A DNA stretch of 53,614 nt from an uncultured Bacillota bacterium (lineage in GTDB: Bacteria; Bacillota_I; Bacilli_A; RF39; UBA660), in the NCBI GenBank assembly GCA_947246355.1, contig CAMXQX010000002.1, forward strand, positions 1-53,614, in the 5' to 3' direction. Shown here piece after piece: positions 32,254 through 42,217 of the stretch. Position numbers and translations under genes: made by a program. Below the pieces are notes generated by a model. The model did not search any database and had not been told where the DNA came from. It saw nothing but the letters and a program-made list of their open reading frames with translations. Numbering within the stretch: the stretch's first letter is position 1; each line of letters opens with the position of its first letter.

Positions 32254-33220
32254 CCCCCAACAATCCATAAATATATTTTTCGATATCGAAAGGCTTTAAG
32301 TCTTCCTTAGCTTCGCCAAGTCCTATATATTTAACAGGAAGGCCAACTTCTTCTTTAATAGCAAGAACAATTCCCCCTTTGGCTGTACCATCTAGCTTTG
32401 TTAAAACAATTCCTGTTATATTGGTTACCTCTTTAAATCCTTTGGCCTGGCTAATGCCATTTTGGCCTGTTGTTGCATCCAATACCAGCAAAGTTTCGTG
32501 TGGAGCACTTGGATCTATTTTTTGAATAACACGGTGCATCTTCTCCAGTTCATTCATTAAGTTGGATTTGTTTTGGAGTCGACCCGCTGTATCAACCAAT
32601 ACAACATCAAAATTTTCCTCTTTGGCTTTTTCCATCGCTTCGTAAATAACACTAGAGGGGTCGCTACCTTCTTTCTTTATAATAGTACAGTTTATTCGTT
32701 TTGCCCATTCTTCCAATTGTTCTGTTGCCCCTGCTCTAAATGTATCTCCTGCCACCAGCAAAATTTTTTTCCCTTCTTCTTTTAATTTATAGGCAAGCTT
32801 TCCTATCGTCGTTGTCTTTCCAACCCCATTAACCCCAACAAACAACAAAACAGTAGGGCCTTCTTTATTATAATTAATTTTATTGGTTAAAATAGCATCG
32901 CCGACATAAATAATAAACATTTCATCTACTATAATTTCTTTTAAATCGGAAGCATTTTCTATTTTTTCTTTCGCAACGCGCTTACGGAGACGATCCACAA
33001 ATTGCATGACAGTAGCAACACCAATATCCGCCGTAATTAAAATTTCCTCCAATTCTTCAAAGTAGCCTTCATCTATTTTTTTATGCCGAAGAGAGAGTGC
33101 TGTCAATTTTGATTTCAAATCATTCCTTGTTTTACTAAGCCCTTCTGTATACTTTTTTACTTCTTCTTTCTCTCTTTCGTCTTTTTTTAATACTCTTTTT
33201 AAATTTTCAAATAGTTTCAT
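32237..33220 (-). CDS. ftsY: Signal recognition particle receptor FtsY
   Basis: GVNGVGKTTTIGKLA, DTAGR, and TKLDGTAKGG (SRP GTPase family). Confidence 0.9.
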   Translation of the reverse strand: MKLFENLKRVLKKDEREKEEVKKYTEGLSKTRNDLKSKLTALSLRHKKIDEGYFEELEEILITADIGVATVMQFVDRLRKRVAKEKIENASDLKEIIVDEMFIIYVGDAILTNKINYNKEGPTVLLFVGVNGVGKTTTIGKLAYKLKEEGKKILLVAGDTFRAGATEQLEEWAKRINCTIIKKEGSDPSSVIYEAMEKAKEENFDVVLVDTAGRLQNKSNLMNELEKMHRVIQKIDPSAPHETLLVLDATTGQNGISQAKGFKEVTNITGIVLTKLDGTAKGGIVLAIKEEVGLPVKYIGLGEAKEDLKPFDIEKYIYGLLGDASEE

Positions 33221-33278
33221 TGTATCACTTTCCTAACATTCATTTTACTATAAAATAGTAGAAAATACAAACCTAAAG

Positions 33279-33307
33279 TGGACAAAGATAAAAAAATAGT
33301 CTATAAT
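33279..33307 (+). promoter_or_regulatory. Candidate sigma-A promoter of rnj
   Basis: TGGACA (33279-33284), 17 nt spacer, TATAAT (33302-33307). An AAAGGAG RBS precedes the ATG at 33349. Confidence 0.5.
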
Positions 33308-33348
33308 AAACATGTTCATTTCATCTTGCAAAAAGAAAGGAGTTTAAA

Positions 33349-35049
33349 ATGAAATTTAAAGAAGAGGGCGATACGAAGATATTCGCGCTTGGTGGCTTAG
33401 GTGAAGTCGGAAAAAATATGTATTGCGTCATGCACGCAAATGAAATCGTGATCACAGATGCAGGTATGTTGATGCCTGATAGTACTTTAATGGGGGTTGA
33501 TTATGTTATCCCTGACTATACTTTTTTGAAGAAAAATGAAAATAAAATTAAAGCCTTATTTATAACTCATGGCCATGAAGATCATATTGGAGGAATTCCT
33601 TTTTTACTACAAACAGTAAATATTCCCTTAATCTATGCTCCTAATCAAGCAGTGGGTCTCATTCGTAAAAAATTAGAAGATAGAAATATACAATACAAGA
33701 ATCTAGTCGTTTATGACGAAAAAACCAAAGTTAAATTCAAAAATATTGAAATAGAATTTTTTAGAACAACCCACTCGATTCCAGATTCTCATGGGATTTG
33801 TATTACCACACCTAATGGAACCATTGTAACAACGGGCGATTTTAAATTCGATTTAACACCGATTGGCCCTATGGCTAATTTACACAAAATGGCATCCATT
33901 GGTAAACATGGCGTTACATTACTACTTAGCGATTCTACCAATGCTTTAAGTGAAGGATTTTCACTTAGTGAATCTCGTGTTGACAGTGCTCTTTCTGATA
34001 TTTTTGAAAGGCAGACAGGTAGAATTATTATCGCAACATTCGCATCCAACATTTATAGGTTAAAGCATATTGTTGATACCTGTAAAAGAAATGGAAGAAA
34101 AATTGCCATTTTTGGGCGAAGCATGCAGAATAATATTGAAATTTCTATTAATGGGGGATATATCAAAAACAAAGATATATTTGTAACCGCTGAGGAGGCC
34201 AACCATCTTCCTCTTGATAAAGTATGTATCCTATGTACGGGAAGCCAAGGAGAACCTCTTGCGGCTTTATCAAAAATAGCCGATGGATCACACAAGCAAA
34301 TTAAATTGCAACCAAACGATGTTGTTATTTTCTCCTCGTCTGCCATTCCTGGAAATGCAGCAGCAATTGGAAAAATTATCAATAAACTTTATTTAAAGGG
34401 AGTAGAGGTATACACAAATACTTCTCTAAACGACATCCATACCAGTGGACATGCCAATGAGGAAGAACTAAAATTAATGATCCGATTGATGCAACCCAAA
34501 TACTTTATGCCATTTCATGGCGAATACAGAATGCTTAAAAGACACGCTGATATTGCAGCTTTATGTGATATTCCAAAAGAAAACACATTTGTACTCCAAA
34601 ATGGAGAAGTTTTATCCATGAAAAAGGGAGTCATAAAAAAAGGAGGGCTAATTCAAGCGGGTGATACCTATGTGGATGGAAATCGCATTGGAGATGTTTC
34701 GACATCCATTATCCGAGATCGTAAGATTATGGCATCGGATGGAATCATCATCATCATTGCCAGTATTGATGCGACAAAACCATCCCTTCTTGGAAAGGTA
34801 AACATTTCAACACGTGGATTTGTTCTTGTCAATGAAAATATAGAGCTTTTAAATGAATTAGAAGGAGTTGCTAGAAAAACAATTTTACAAGGGCTCCATA
34901 AACCAGTCAATTATGCAGAGATTAAATCCGATCTGATTTCAAATATACAAAACCAAGCGTTTATAAAAACAGGCAGACGTCCTATCATTTTGCCTGTCAT
35001 TATGGATGTTAAAAGTAGCAAGAATACCAAAAAAGGAGATGCAAACTGA
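33349..35049 (+). CDS. rnj: Ribonuclease J
   Basis: 566 aa. FALGGLGEVGKNMY and HGHEDHIGG metallo-beta-lactamase/beta-CASP motifs. Confidence 0.9.
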   Translation: MKFKEEGDTKIFALGGLGEVGKNMYCVMHANEIVITDAGMLMPDSTLMGVDYVIPDYTFLKKNENKIKALFITHGHEDHIGGIPFLLQTVNIPLIYAPNQAVGLIRKKLEDRNIQYKNLVVYDEKTKVKFKNIEIEFFRTTHSIPDSHGICITTPNGTIVTTGDFKFDLTPIGPMANLHKMASIGKHGVTLLLSDSTNALSEGFSLSESRVDSALSDIFERQTGRIIIATFASNIYRLKHIVDTCKRNGRKIAIFGRSMQNNIEISINGGYIKNKDIFVTAEEANHLPLDKVCILCTGSQGEPLAALSKIADGSHKQIKLQPNDVVIFSSSAIPGNAAAIGKIINKLYLKGVEVYTNTSLNDIHTSGHANEEELKLMIRLMQPKYFMPFHGEYRMLKRHADIAALCDIPKENTFVLQNGEVLSMKKGVIKKGGLIQAGDTYVDGNRIGDVSTSIIRDRKIMASDGIIIIIASIDATKPSLLGKVNISTRGFVLVNENIELLNELEGVARKTILQGLHKPVNYAEIKSDLISNIQNQAFIKTGRRPIILPVIMDVKSSKNTKKGDAN

Positions 35050-35059
35050 ATCTCCTTTT
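35031..35059. terminator. Hairpin shared by convergent rnj and the kinase gene
   Basis: AAAAGGAGAT / 9-nt loop containing the rnj TGA / ATCTCCTTTT. Confidence 0.45.
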
Positions 35060-36344
35060 ATGTGTAATTTAATTTTTTCATTAATGGTAAAGTAATCACC
35101 ACTTGGGTTCCTTTTCCAATGTTGGATTCATAATGCATGGTTCCCCCATGCCCTTTAATAATCTCACTTGACAAATAAACACCTAGTCCTGTTCCTGTTT
35201 TCTTCGTGGTAAAAAAAGGCTCACTTAACTTTTTTAAATTTTCATTTGTAATTCCCATTCCGCTATCTTCAATAGTGATTTTAATATTTTCCTTATTTTC
35301 TTTTGTATAAATTTTAAGAATTTTTTTCTCCTTTTTTTCCATGGATTCAATACTATTTTTAATGATATTGATAATAACTTGATTGAGTCGATTATAATCG
35401 GCTTCCATAAATAATTCCTCGTCTGAAATACACAAATCCATTTTAATTTTCTTTTCCTTTAATAAAGGCGTTACACTATCAACTACATTTTCAAGTAAAT
35501 AATTGATATCTAACATTTCTTTTTCAATTTTAATTTTACTGATAGAAAGAAAATCTTGCAATAAAGTTAAAACTCTCTCAATTTCCCCTCTCAAAATAGG
35601 AATATATTTTTTACTATGTTCTATATTGTCAACATCAAACATATCTAAATATCCTTTACAAACTGCAATGGGATTTTTGATTTCATGCGTGATTTTAAAA
35701 ATAGAATTTCTAAGTTTTTTCTCTTGATCTAATAAAGAGATGGCATTGGAATATAAAATCATATCCTCTGACTTTTTTAATAAAAAAATCGTAAAACTCA
35801 CCAACATATAAAAAATAAGAAGGGTTATAAAGCCATCATAAATAGAGGCAATACTCTCTCTTTGCAATAAAAAGTAGTTATAAGCAAAAATCGATTTTAC
35901 AAAAACAAAAATAAAAGCGTCTTTGGTATATTCATGTTTCCGAAAAAATAAGATTTTATATAAAATATAGCAACTCATTCCTTCAATAAAAAGAATAACC
36001 ACATTTTCATGAAAATTAATATGCATGAAATAAATTTGAAATAGGCTAATGATAAGAAAAGGGAGTTCTCTTTTTTTGATATAAGCCAAAATAAGAGGAA
36101 TATTTAAAGAGAAATACAACAAATAGGAATACTTTGCTGTATTTATTTTTACCATCAAATAAATCATAGTAAGAAGGGCTACATCGAATGCTACTTCCCT
36201 TCGTTCTTTATCTATATTTTGAGTATAGATTTGATAAATTATCCATATACATAATGGGAAAGTAACAAAAAGAATCTGTAATAGAATATTGTCAAATAAT
36301 GTCATAAAATCACCTACTACCATTATAAATAGGGTGTTTGTCAC
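35058..36344 (-). CDS. Orphan membrane sensor histidine kinase
   Basis: About six N-terminal TM segments, H-box HEIKNPIA, N-box IIKNSIES, and G-boxes DSGMGI / GTGLGV. There is no adjacent response regulator. Confidence 0.8.
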   Translation of the reverse strand: MTNTLFIMVVGDFMTLFDNILLQILFVTFPLCIWIIYQIYTQNIDKERREVAFDVALLTMIYLMVKINTAKYSYLLYFSLNIPLILAYIKKRELPFLIISLFQIYFMHINFHENVVILFIEGMSCYILYKILFFRKHEYTKDAFIFVFVKSIFAYNYFLLQRESIASIYDGFITLLIFYMLVSFTIFLLKKSEDMILYSNAISLLDQEKKLRNSIFKITHEIKNPIAVCKGYLDMFDVDNIEHSKKYIPILRGEIERVLTLLQDFLSISKIKIEKEMLDINYLLENVVDSVTPLLKEKKIKMDLCISDEELFMEADYNRLNQVIINIIKNSIESMEKKEKKILKIYTKENKENIKITIEDSGMGITNENLKKLSEPFFTTKKTGTGLGVYLSSEIIKGHGGTMHYESNIGKGTQVVITLPLMKKLNYT

Positions 36345-36384
36345 ATTTTGTCGAATTCTGTAGAAAAGAAAAAAAGTGATACAA

Positions 36385-36699
36385 TCACTTTAAATCATCA
36401 ATATGCTTTTTTAATTGATAGGCTCCTTCTCCTAATATAATCTTAAGTTGATTATCGATCTCGACAATACCCTGTGCCCCTAATTTTTGAATAGCATCTT
36501 TATTGACAATATCTACATTTTTAAGTGTCACAATAAATCGAGATTTGTTTACCTCATAATTTAAAATGTTATCTTTGCCACCTAAATATGTCACTAACTT
36601 ATTTACTTCAAATTGAAAATCTTTCTTTTTTGACTTTATAATCGCAATAGCAACAATGATTAAAACAAAAGCGATAATAATATATTGTATATAATCCAT
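36385..36699 (-). CDS. Membrane-anchored PTS EIIB(Glc)-like domain protein lacking the phospho-Cys
   Basis: 104 aa. A TM helix followed by LVTYLGGKDNILNYEVNKSRFIVTLKN...IVEIDNQLKIILG. This is the EIIB fold pattern, but NKSRF replaces C(I/A)TRLR. Confidence 0.55.
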   Translation of the reverse strand: MDYIQYIIIAFVLIIVAIAIIKSKKKDFQFEVNKLVTYLGGKDNILNYEVNKSRFIVTLKNVDIVNKDAIQKLGAQGIVEIDNQLKIILGEGAYQLKKHIDDLK

Positions 36700-36828
36700 A
36701 AAATCACCATTATAATTATACTATATATTTTTTTTATTGAATAGTTTTTTTTACTTTTTAGAAAAAAACTATGTCGAAGAAAGGAAACTACATTGTAATT
36801 TACCCTATATTTTAGTAAGATAAACCTG

Positions 36829-37968
36829 GTGATAACAATGAATGTAACAAAATATAAGGTAGAAAAGTCATTAGTAATTATAATGTTTTTATTCTTTGTC
36901 ATTAGTATTATTACCATTTATAGTGCTGGTTTTTTAGATAAAGATAACTCTACTTTATATATGAGACAGCTGATGTGGTATTCTTGTGGGACGATCTTAG
37001 TATTCTTTATTATGTACATTGGTAATGATTTTTTTATTAAGAATAGTCTTTTTTTCTATAGTATTGGAAACTTTATTTTACTCTTCCTTCTTCTTTTTGC
37101 TCGACCAATCAATGATGCAAGGTGTTGGTTTGAAATCAAAGGAATAGGTACTATTCAACCAAGTGAATTTATGAAAATCATTTTAATCCTTTTCTTAAGT
37201 AAACAAATTGATGAATTTCGAAGAAAATTTCCTAATCCATCTATAAAAGAGGAATTTTTATTTCTATTAAAGATAATAGGCATTGTATTCATCCCTAGCC
37301 TTTTAACTTTCTTAGAACCAGATACAGGCGTTGTTTTAATCTACTTACTGATTACCTTTGTAATGCTTTTTATAGCAGGTATTCGCTTTCGCTGGTTTCT
37401 CTTTCTTATTCTGCTTTGCCTTATCGGCGTTGCAAGTATTTTATTTGTATATTTTCAAAACCAAGATTTATTTATAAAGTGTTTTGGAACCAGTTTTTTT
37501 CTTCGAGTTGATCGTTTGCTTGACTGGGGTAGTAAAAGTGGATTTCAGTTAGAACATGGATTATATTCCATCGGTTCTGCTGGACTGATTGGGCATGGTC
37601 TTAAAAAAACACCTCTCTATTTTCCAGAGGCCCATACCGATTTCATTTTTGCAGTTTTTTCTTCCAATTTTGGATTATTGGGTTCTTTGTTTTTACTATG
37701 CTTAATCCTTTTCTTTGATTTAAAGCTTATCCAAACTGCTTTAAAAACAAATTCGAATATCTATAAATACATTACTGCTGGAATTGTAGGAATGCTTATC
37801 TATCAACAACTCCAAAACATTGGTATGACTTTTGGAGTTGTCCCTATCACAGGTATTACTCTCCCTTTTATTAGTTATGGGGGGTCCAGTCTTTTAAGTT
37901 ATATGTTTATGGTGGGCATTCTTTTTAATATTTCAAATGAAGCATTAAAACACTATCATCCCTATTAA
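36829..37968 (+). CDS. SEDS-family peptidoglycan polymerase (FtsW/RodA/SpoVE)
   Basis: About 10 TM segments. Motifs QPSEFMKI, TDFIF and LPFISYGGSS. The start may be the ATG at 36838. Confidence 0.8.
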   Translation: MITMNVTKYKVEKSLVIIMFLFFVISIITIYSAGFLDKDNSTLYMRQLMWYSCGTILVFFIMYIGNDFFIKNSLFFYSIGNFILLFLLLFARPINDARCWFEIKGIGTIQPSEFMKIILILFLSKQIDEFRRKFPNPSIKEEFLFLLKIIGIVFIPSLLTFLEPDTGVVLIYLLITFVMLFIAGIRFRWFLFLILLCLIGVASILFVYFQNQDLFIKCFGTSFFLRVDRLLDWGSKSGFQLEHGLYSIGSAGLIGHGLKKTPLYFPEAHTDFIFAVFSSNFGLLGSLFLLCLILFFDLKLIQTALKTNSNIYKYITAGIVGMLIYQQLQNIGMTFGVVPITGITLPFISYGGSSLLSYMFMVGILFNISNEALKHYHPY

Positions 37969-38012
37969 AAAAGAATAGATTTGTCTATTCTTTTTTATAC
38001 CTACCTTATCTA

Positions 38013-38915
38013 CTATCTCTTCAAAATTTTTTCTTTAGCAACATAATGTATTTCTGAAGCCCCTTTATAAAATAAACTATCCAAATACTGCAATCCACCT
38101 GTACACGCAGAGAAAGTTTTAAAAGAAGGATTAACTAATAAAACAGGTCCATCCCGCAATGGAATTCTTCCCCTTAAATACTTTGTATCACGGAAGGCCA
38201 TAGAATGATTTGGAGTAATACATCCTCGATTCGGTTGCCCAACTAAATTTAAAATAGCTTGCAAAGGAAATATTCGTAGTTGTGTCACTCCACTATGCGT
38301 ATGTCCTGCTGCAGCAACATCTATATGAGATAAAAATCCGTTTTGATTTAGATATTGAATCACATTAGGATCATGGCACAATAATGTATTCATATTTTCT
38401 TTACTTAAATTCTTTAAAAAAGCATAATGTTCTACATCTTCCAAAAGAATCTCATTCATTCGCTCCATGTAATTACAAGGCGGATTATATCCACTGACGG
38501 TATAGCCATCCTTCACCATTTTCACTTCATTATCTAATACATACACATTTTTATAAGAATTCATCTTATCTAAAAAATAGGATTTGCTAAAATCAAAATC
38601 ATAAACACTCTGTCGATTTTGACAATAAGCAACATCATGATTTCCATAAACAATGTAAGTAGGTGCCATTTCACCTAGACTAGAAATGAATTCCATACAT
38701 TTTTCAGCTACATATGTATTTTTATACAATACATCTGTCCCATCTAAAATATCGCCCAATACATATATAGCGTCGTATTCATTCATTTTAAGTACTTCTG
38801 TGATTTTTTCTAAATCGTGGATATCTCTCTTTTTAAATACATGTAAATCGGAAATAACAAGTACTTTTAAATCTGTATTTTGATTTGAAAAAATTGTTTG
38901 ATTGGTTATTTTCAT
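38013..38915 (-). CDS. Metallophosphoesterase (YkuE-like)
   Basis: Start at MKITNQ (GGGGGGA RBS). SDLH, GDILD, GNHD and GHTH motifs. Confidence 0.7.
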   Translation of the reverse strand: MKITNQTIFSNQNTDLKVLVISDLHVFKKRDIHDLEKITEVLKMNEYDAIYVLGDILDGTDVLYKNTYVAEKCMEFISSLGEMAPTYIVYGNHDVAYCQNRQSVYDFDFSKSYFLDKMNSYKNVYVLDNEVKMVKDGYTVSGYNPPCNYMERMNEILLEDVEHYAFLKNLSKENMNTLLCHDPNVIQYLNQNGFLSHIDVAAAGHTHSGVTQLRIFPLQAILNLVGQPNRGCITPNHSMAFRDTKYLRGRIPLRDGPVLLVNPSFKTFSACTGGLQYLDSLFYKGASEIHYVAKEKILKR

Positions 38916-39075
38916 ATCTGTGTTCCCCCCAAACACTTTATATAAATTTTTCTTAATTTCACAAGTCGAAATCTTTACTACTAATTTGCTACTTTCGAAA
39001 CGAAAAACATAAGAAATTATGGCAATTTATATGAATATTACAAACCGTTATAAATAAAAATTGAGTAGTTTCTTC

Positions 39076-40698
39076 TTATTTAAAGGTAATAACGGGTCTA
39101 AATCCTATTTTTTCATTCGCACTTCCATTGGAATGACTATATGCATATAACCCGCTCGCTGTCCCATTGGAATAGTCTCCCCCACGAATCATATATTTAT
39201 TACTTGCATTGACAAGAGTATGCATATCATTATACCATGTTCCAAATAAAGCAGAACCTAAACAACTTGACTCTGTTGTTGTACAAGTCTGGTAATAATC
39301 TACATATTGATTATCTATTTTAGTACCATTCCACATTAATCCTGTAGAAGCGGTTCCATAAACACCCATAACAAATTCACTCGCACCACCAGATAAATCA
39401 TAAATACCTGTAATATTGCCTGTAGTTGTTCCTTCCATTGCTTTATTATCTGTATAACTATTTGCACAAGTTGTGCTTACTAAAGCGGTCGTATTTCCAC
39501 TAGAACATCCTGTTATTGTTTTTTTATCCTTATAATAATTGTTTATATAAATTTCTGCATTTTTTCCATATTTTGAATTGGTTAAGTAAGCTACTGCTCC
39601 CCACTCTGTATTTTTAATAAGATGCGAATCCACTTTCGTACTATCTAGTCCAAAAGAGGGGGAACTTGCCATATTGGCAACAACTTGAAAAGCATTTTCA
39701 ATAGAGATGCCCGTCCAAGCATTTCTTTTAGGAACAACCACTAAATCAATATGACTCTTATTACAAGAAGAGATGCCTGGTGTTTGGAAACAGCTTGTAT
39801 TAATGGGTGCACTTGCTTCGAATTTAGCTACCCATAATCCATTTAGTACTTTTCCACCCCATTGAAAAGCAGGGTGAATCGTATAACCACTCGTTGGAGA
39901 AATTTTTGATGTCGTAATAAAATTAATATTAAAAGAAGTTCCATTTAATTGATACTCATAACGTGGAATCCAAACATACATACCTGTTACATCATCCAAA
40001 CTAATCTTAGTACCAGGAATAGCCCTTTGGTAATAAGCTCTTGTATGCTTACCATTTTTATCAATACAATTTCCCCGTTTCTCACAATCCGATGCTTGGG
40101 GGGAAACCGTAACAGCATTTGCCCATTTCTTTTCCCCATATTTATACCATTCTTTGGTCAAATCAGCTTTTACCCATGAACCATTCTTATATTCAACAGG
40201 GATCATTCCCTCATGCAATGCAGGGGAGGAAATGCTCGCATTTTCTACATACAGATTGTTATCTTTATTGGGGCTATTAAGTGCATCTGAACTACAAATT
40301 GTACTCTCCGATAACGTATATACAAATTCATTGTATTGATTGGTTGTAGCATAAACAATTCGATTCAAAAAATTTTGTTCTGTCTTATTGCTAGAACTAT
40401 AATCAATATAATCCTTTAGTTTTTCTTCATCCAACATACCTGTATCTACTAGTTCTTTAAGTGTAATACAATAAATGGATTTTTGGGTATCACTTATATA
40501 CATTTTCTGAAACGTATCCGCATTACTGTTTGTATAACTATCTGCTGCGTCATAAATCATCTGTTTCGTTGTTTCACTAATTGTTCCTCGCTTAGATGCG
40601 ACTAAATTTTGAATTTGTGGAATAGCAACAATAATTAATAATCCCATAATAACAACGACTGCTAACATTTCTACCAAAGTAAATCCTTTTTTCTCCAT
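39076..40698 (-). CDS. Prepilin-type N-terminal methylation-domain protein fused to an FGE/SUMF1-like C-terminal domain
   Basis: Start moved to MEKKGFTLVEMLAVVVIMGLL (AGAGGGA RBS), a class III signal peptide. The C-terminus (RGGDYS...EKIGFRPV) resembles formylglycine-generating-enzyme-type domains. Confidence 0.65.
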   Translation of the reverse strand: MEKKGFTLVEMLAVVVIMGLLIIVAIPQIQNLVASKRGTISETTKQMIYDAADSYTNSNADTFQKMYISDTQKSIYCITLKELVDTGMLDEEKLKDYIDYSSSNKTEQNFLNRIVYATTNQYNEFVYTLSESTICSSDALNSPNKDNNLYVENASISSPALHEGMIPVEYKNGSWVKADLTKEWYKYGEKKWANAVTVSPQASDCEKRGNCIDKNGKHTRAYYQRAIPGTKISLDDVTGMYVWIPRYEYQLNGTSFNINFITTSKISPTSGYTIHPAFQWGGKVLNGLWVAKFEASAPINTSCFQTPGISSCNKSHIDLVVVPKRNAWTGISIENAFQVVANMASSPSFGLDSTKVDSHLIKNTEWGAVAYLTNSKYGKNAEIYINNYYKDKKTITGCSSGNTTALVSTTCANSYTDNKAMEGTTTGNITGIYDLSGGASEFVMGVYGTASTGLMWNGTKIDNQYVDYYQTCTTTESSCLGSALFGTWYNDMHTLVNASNKYMIRGGDYSNGTASGLYAYSHSNGSANEKIGFRPVITFK

Positions 40699-40722
40699 AT
40701 ATTTCCCTCTATTCTTATCTTT

Positions 40723-40751
40723 ATTATATCTTTGAACAAAAAAAAATGCAA
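40723..40751 (-). promoter_or_regulatory. Candidate promoter for the pilin-like gene
   Basis: Minus strand: TTGCAT, 17 nt spacer, TATAAT, lying between rpmF and the pilin ATG. Confidence 0.45.
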
Positions 40752-40754
40752 CAA

Positions 40755-40961
40755 TTAAGCGGCATCTTCTTTTTTTATAACTTCTTTTCCTTTGTAAGTT
40801 CCACATTCTTTACAAACACGGTGTGGTTTTGTTATAGAACCACATTTTGGACAAGTTGTTGTTGTATTTTCAGAAATTTTATAATGCGTACGACGCTTTC
40901 TACCTCTTGTCTTACTTACTTTTCTAAATGGAACTGCAAATAACTGAATTTCTAATTTCAT
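40755..40961 (-). CDS. rpmF: 50S ribosomal protein L32
   Basis: [20 protein letters not shown]...CPKCG...[12 protein letters not shown] zinc-ribbon L32. An 8-residue N-terminal extension makes the exact start uncertain. Confidence 0.85.
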   Translation of the reverse strand: MKLEIQLFAVPFRKVSKTRGRKRRTHYKISENTTTTCPKCGSITKPHRVCKECGTYKGKEVIKKEDAA

Positions 40962-40976
40962 CTTTTCTACCTCGCT

Positions 40977-41456
40977 TTACTTTAACAAATCATTTAATTT
41001 TTCAAAAGGTGAATTTTTTACTTCTTCACCATCTGTCATTAGTCGCCATCCATCACCCTCTAGATGAATATTTTTAGCTTTTTCACTAACAACTTTCATG
41101 GGAATTTCCATTAGTATATTTTCCCATATAATTGGTAAAATATCAATAGAATTTTCACACTTTTTCGTATTTTTTTTATCTTTTTGTATTTCCTCTTCTA
41201 AATCTTCATCAATTTCTACCGAAAATGGATATTTTACCTCCTCCAACGTGATTGAGCAAGGAAGAAGCATCACACCTGTTAAAGTAGCCTCAATATGGTA
41301 CGTCTCATAATACAGGCAAATGCTTCCCTTTATTTGTACATTCTCTAGTGCAATAAGCTCTGTTTTTTCTAACAGCTCTTTTGCAAATGAACATGTTTGA
41401 TTAAAATCAATCGCCTTTTGGTACCCATTTTTTAAATTGGTTATGTCTAGAATCAT
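40977..41456 (-). CDS. yceD: YceD/DUF177 protein
   Basis: 159 aa. Conserved position directly upstream of rpmF, with an acidic C-terminus. Confidence 0.7.
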   Translation of the reverse strand: MILDITNLKNGYQKAIDFNQTCSFAKELLEKTELIALENVQIKGSICLYYETYHIEATLTGVMLLPCSITLEEVKYPFSVEIDEDLEEEIQKDKKNTKKCENSIDILPIIWENILMEIPMKVVSEKAKNIHLEGDGWRLMTDGEEVKNSPFEKLNDLLK

Positions 41457-41511
41457 ATTTCCTTCCTTTCCCCATGTAAGTAAATTCTTTTCTAATTCCT
41501 CTTATACCTCC

Positions 41512-41520
41512 ATTATACCA
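41512..41520 (-). promoter_or_regulatory. Extended -10 (TGGTATAAT) upstream of yceD-rpmF
   Basis: Read on the minus strand, about 55 nt upstream of the yceD ATG. Confidence 0.4.
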
Positions 41521-41530
41521 TAAAAAGCTT

Positions 41531-42217
41531 CTATTTCATTGTTTTCATAAAAAGCAAAAGTAAGATAATAAAGGAGAAAATGAAAAAGAGAATTAAAGAA
41601 CCATACTTAATTTTTAGATGTAATTTCTGCATTTCTTCCTTTGTTCTTTCATTATATGGATACAAAGCGCGATTCATTTCTTTTAGCTTTATTTCATTTC
41701 TTTTCTTCTGAACTAAAAATTTAGCTTGTTCTAATAAAAAATCGATGTTTTTCTTAGAATTTTCTTCTTTTTTCCTTGGTTTATATAAATCCCTTACTAT
41801 ATCCAAATTTTCATTTTTATACCTTTTTTCTACACGATTCGTTGCTGTGATTGTTGAAATCAATTCTCGTATTTTTTGATCTTCTTCATTGCTAATTCCT
41901 TTCGGAAACCTCTTTTTCTGAAGATGTTCTTCTGTATTCTGATTCATTTCTAGAAGCATTTGATACATGATATCGTCTTCTGTATAATGCTCTTTTTTAT
42001 TCTCTAATTCATAAGTTTTGTCTCTTTTTTCTTGCTCTTTATATGCATCATAACTTTCAAAAAGCCTTTCTATTCTTGTGGTTTCTAATCCCCTTTCTCT
42101 TTTCAAAGATGAACCCAATTGTAACTCATCGATTTGATCATATAATACTTGATTTCTTTGACTACGTCTAGTCGTCTTTGCTTCATCATTATAGTATCTC
42201 TCCATTCTACTAGCCAT
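41531..42217 (-). CDS. Tail-anchored K/E-rich protein, MxSRMERYY family, paralogue A
   Basis: Start at MASRMERYY (AGGTGA RBS) and a single TM helix at the extreme C-terminus. Shares SRMERYY, RSxxNxxLYD and LLE(E/Q)AK with the gene at 47100-47903. Confidence 0.6.
   Translation of the reverse strand: MASRMERYYNDEAKTTRRSQRNQVLYDQIDELQLGSSLKRERGLETTRIERLFESYDAYKEQEKRDKTYELENKKEHYTEDDIMYQMLLEMNQNTEEHLQKKRFPKGISNEEDQKIRELISTITATNRVEKRYKNENLDIVRDLYKPRKKEENSKKNIDFLLEQAKFLVQKKRNEIKLKEMNRALYPYNERTKEEMQKLHLKIKYGSLILFFIFSFIILLLLFMKTMK

Noticed and set aside
33789-34910. Three minus-strand ORFs (80-109 aa) inside rnj
   Set aside because: They are antisense to the highly conserved RNase J coding frame.
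36660-36917. 85-aa minus-strand ORF spanning the EIIB-like and SEDS intergenic region
   Set aside because: It overlaps both real gene starts. It is an AT-rich low-complexity translation with no RBS.
40699-40806. 36-codon N-terminal extension of the pilin-like ORF overlapping rpmF
   Set aside because: A prepilin signal must be N-terminal. The ATG at 40698 has a good RBS and a promoter, and the extension would overlap the L32 coding sequence.
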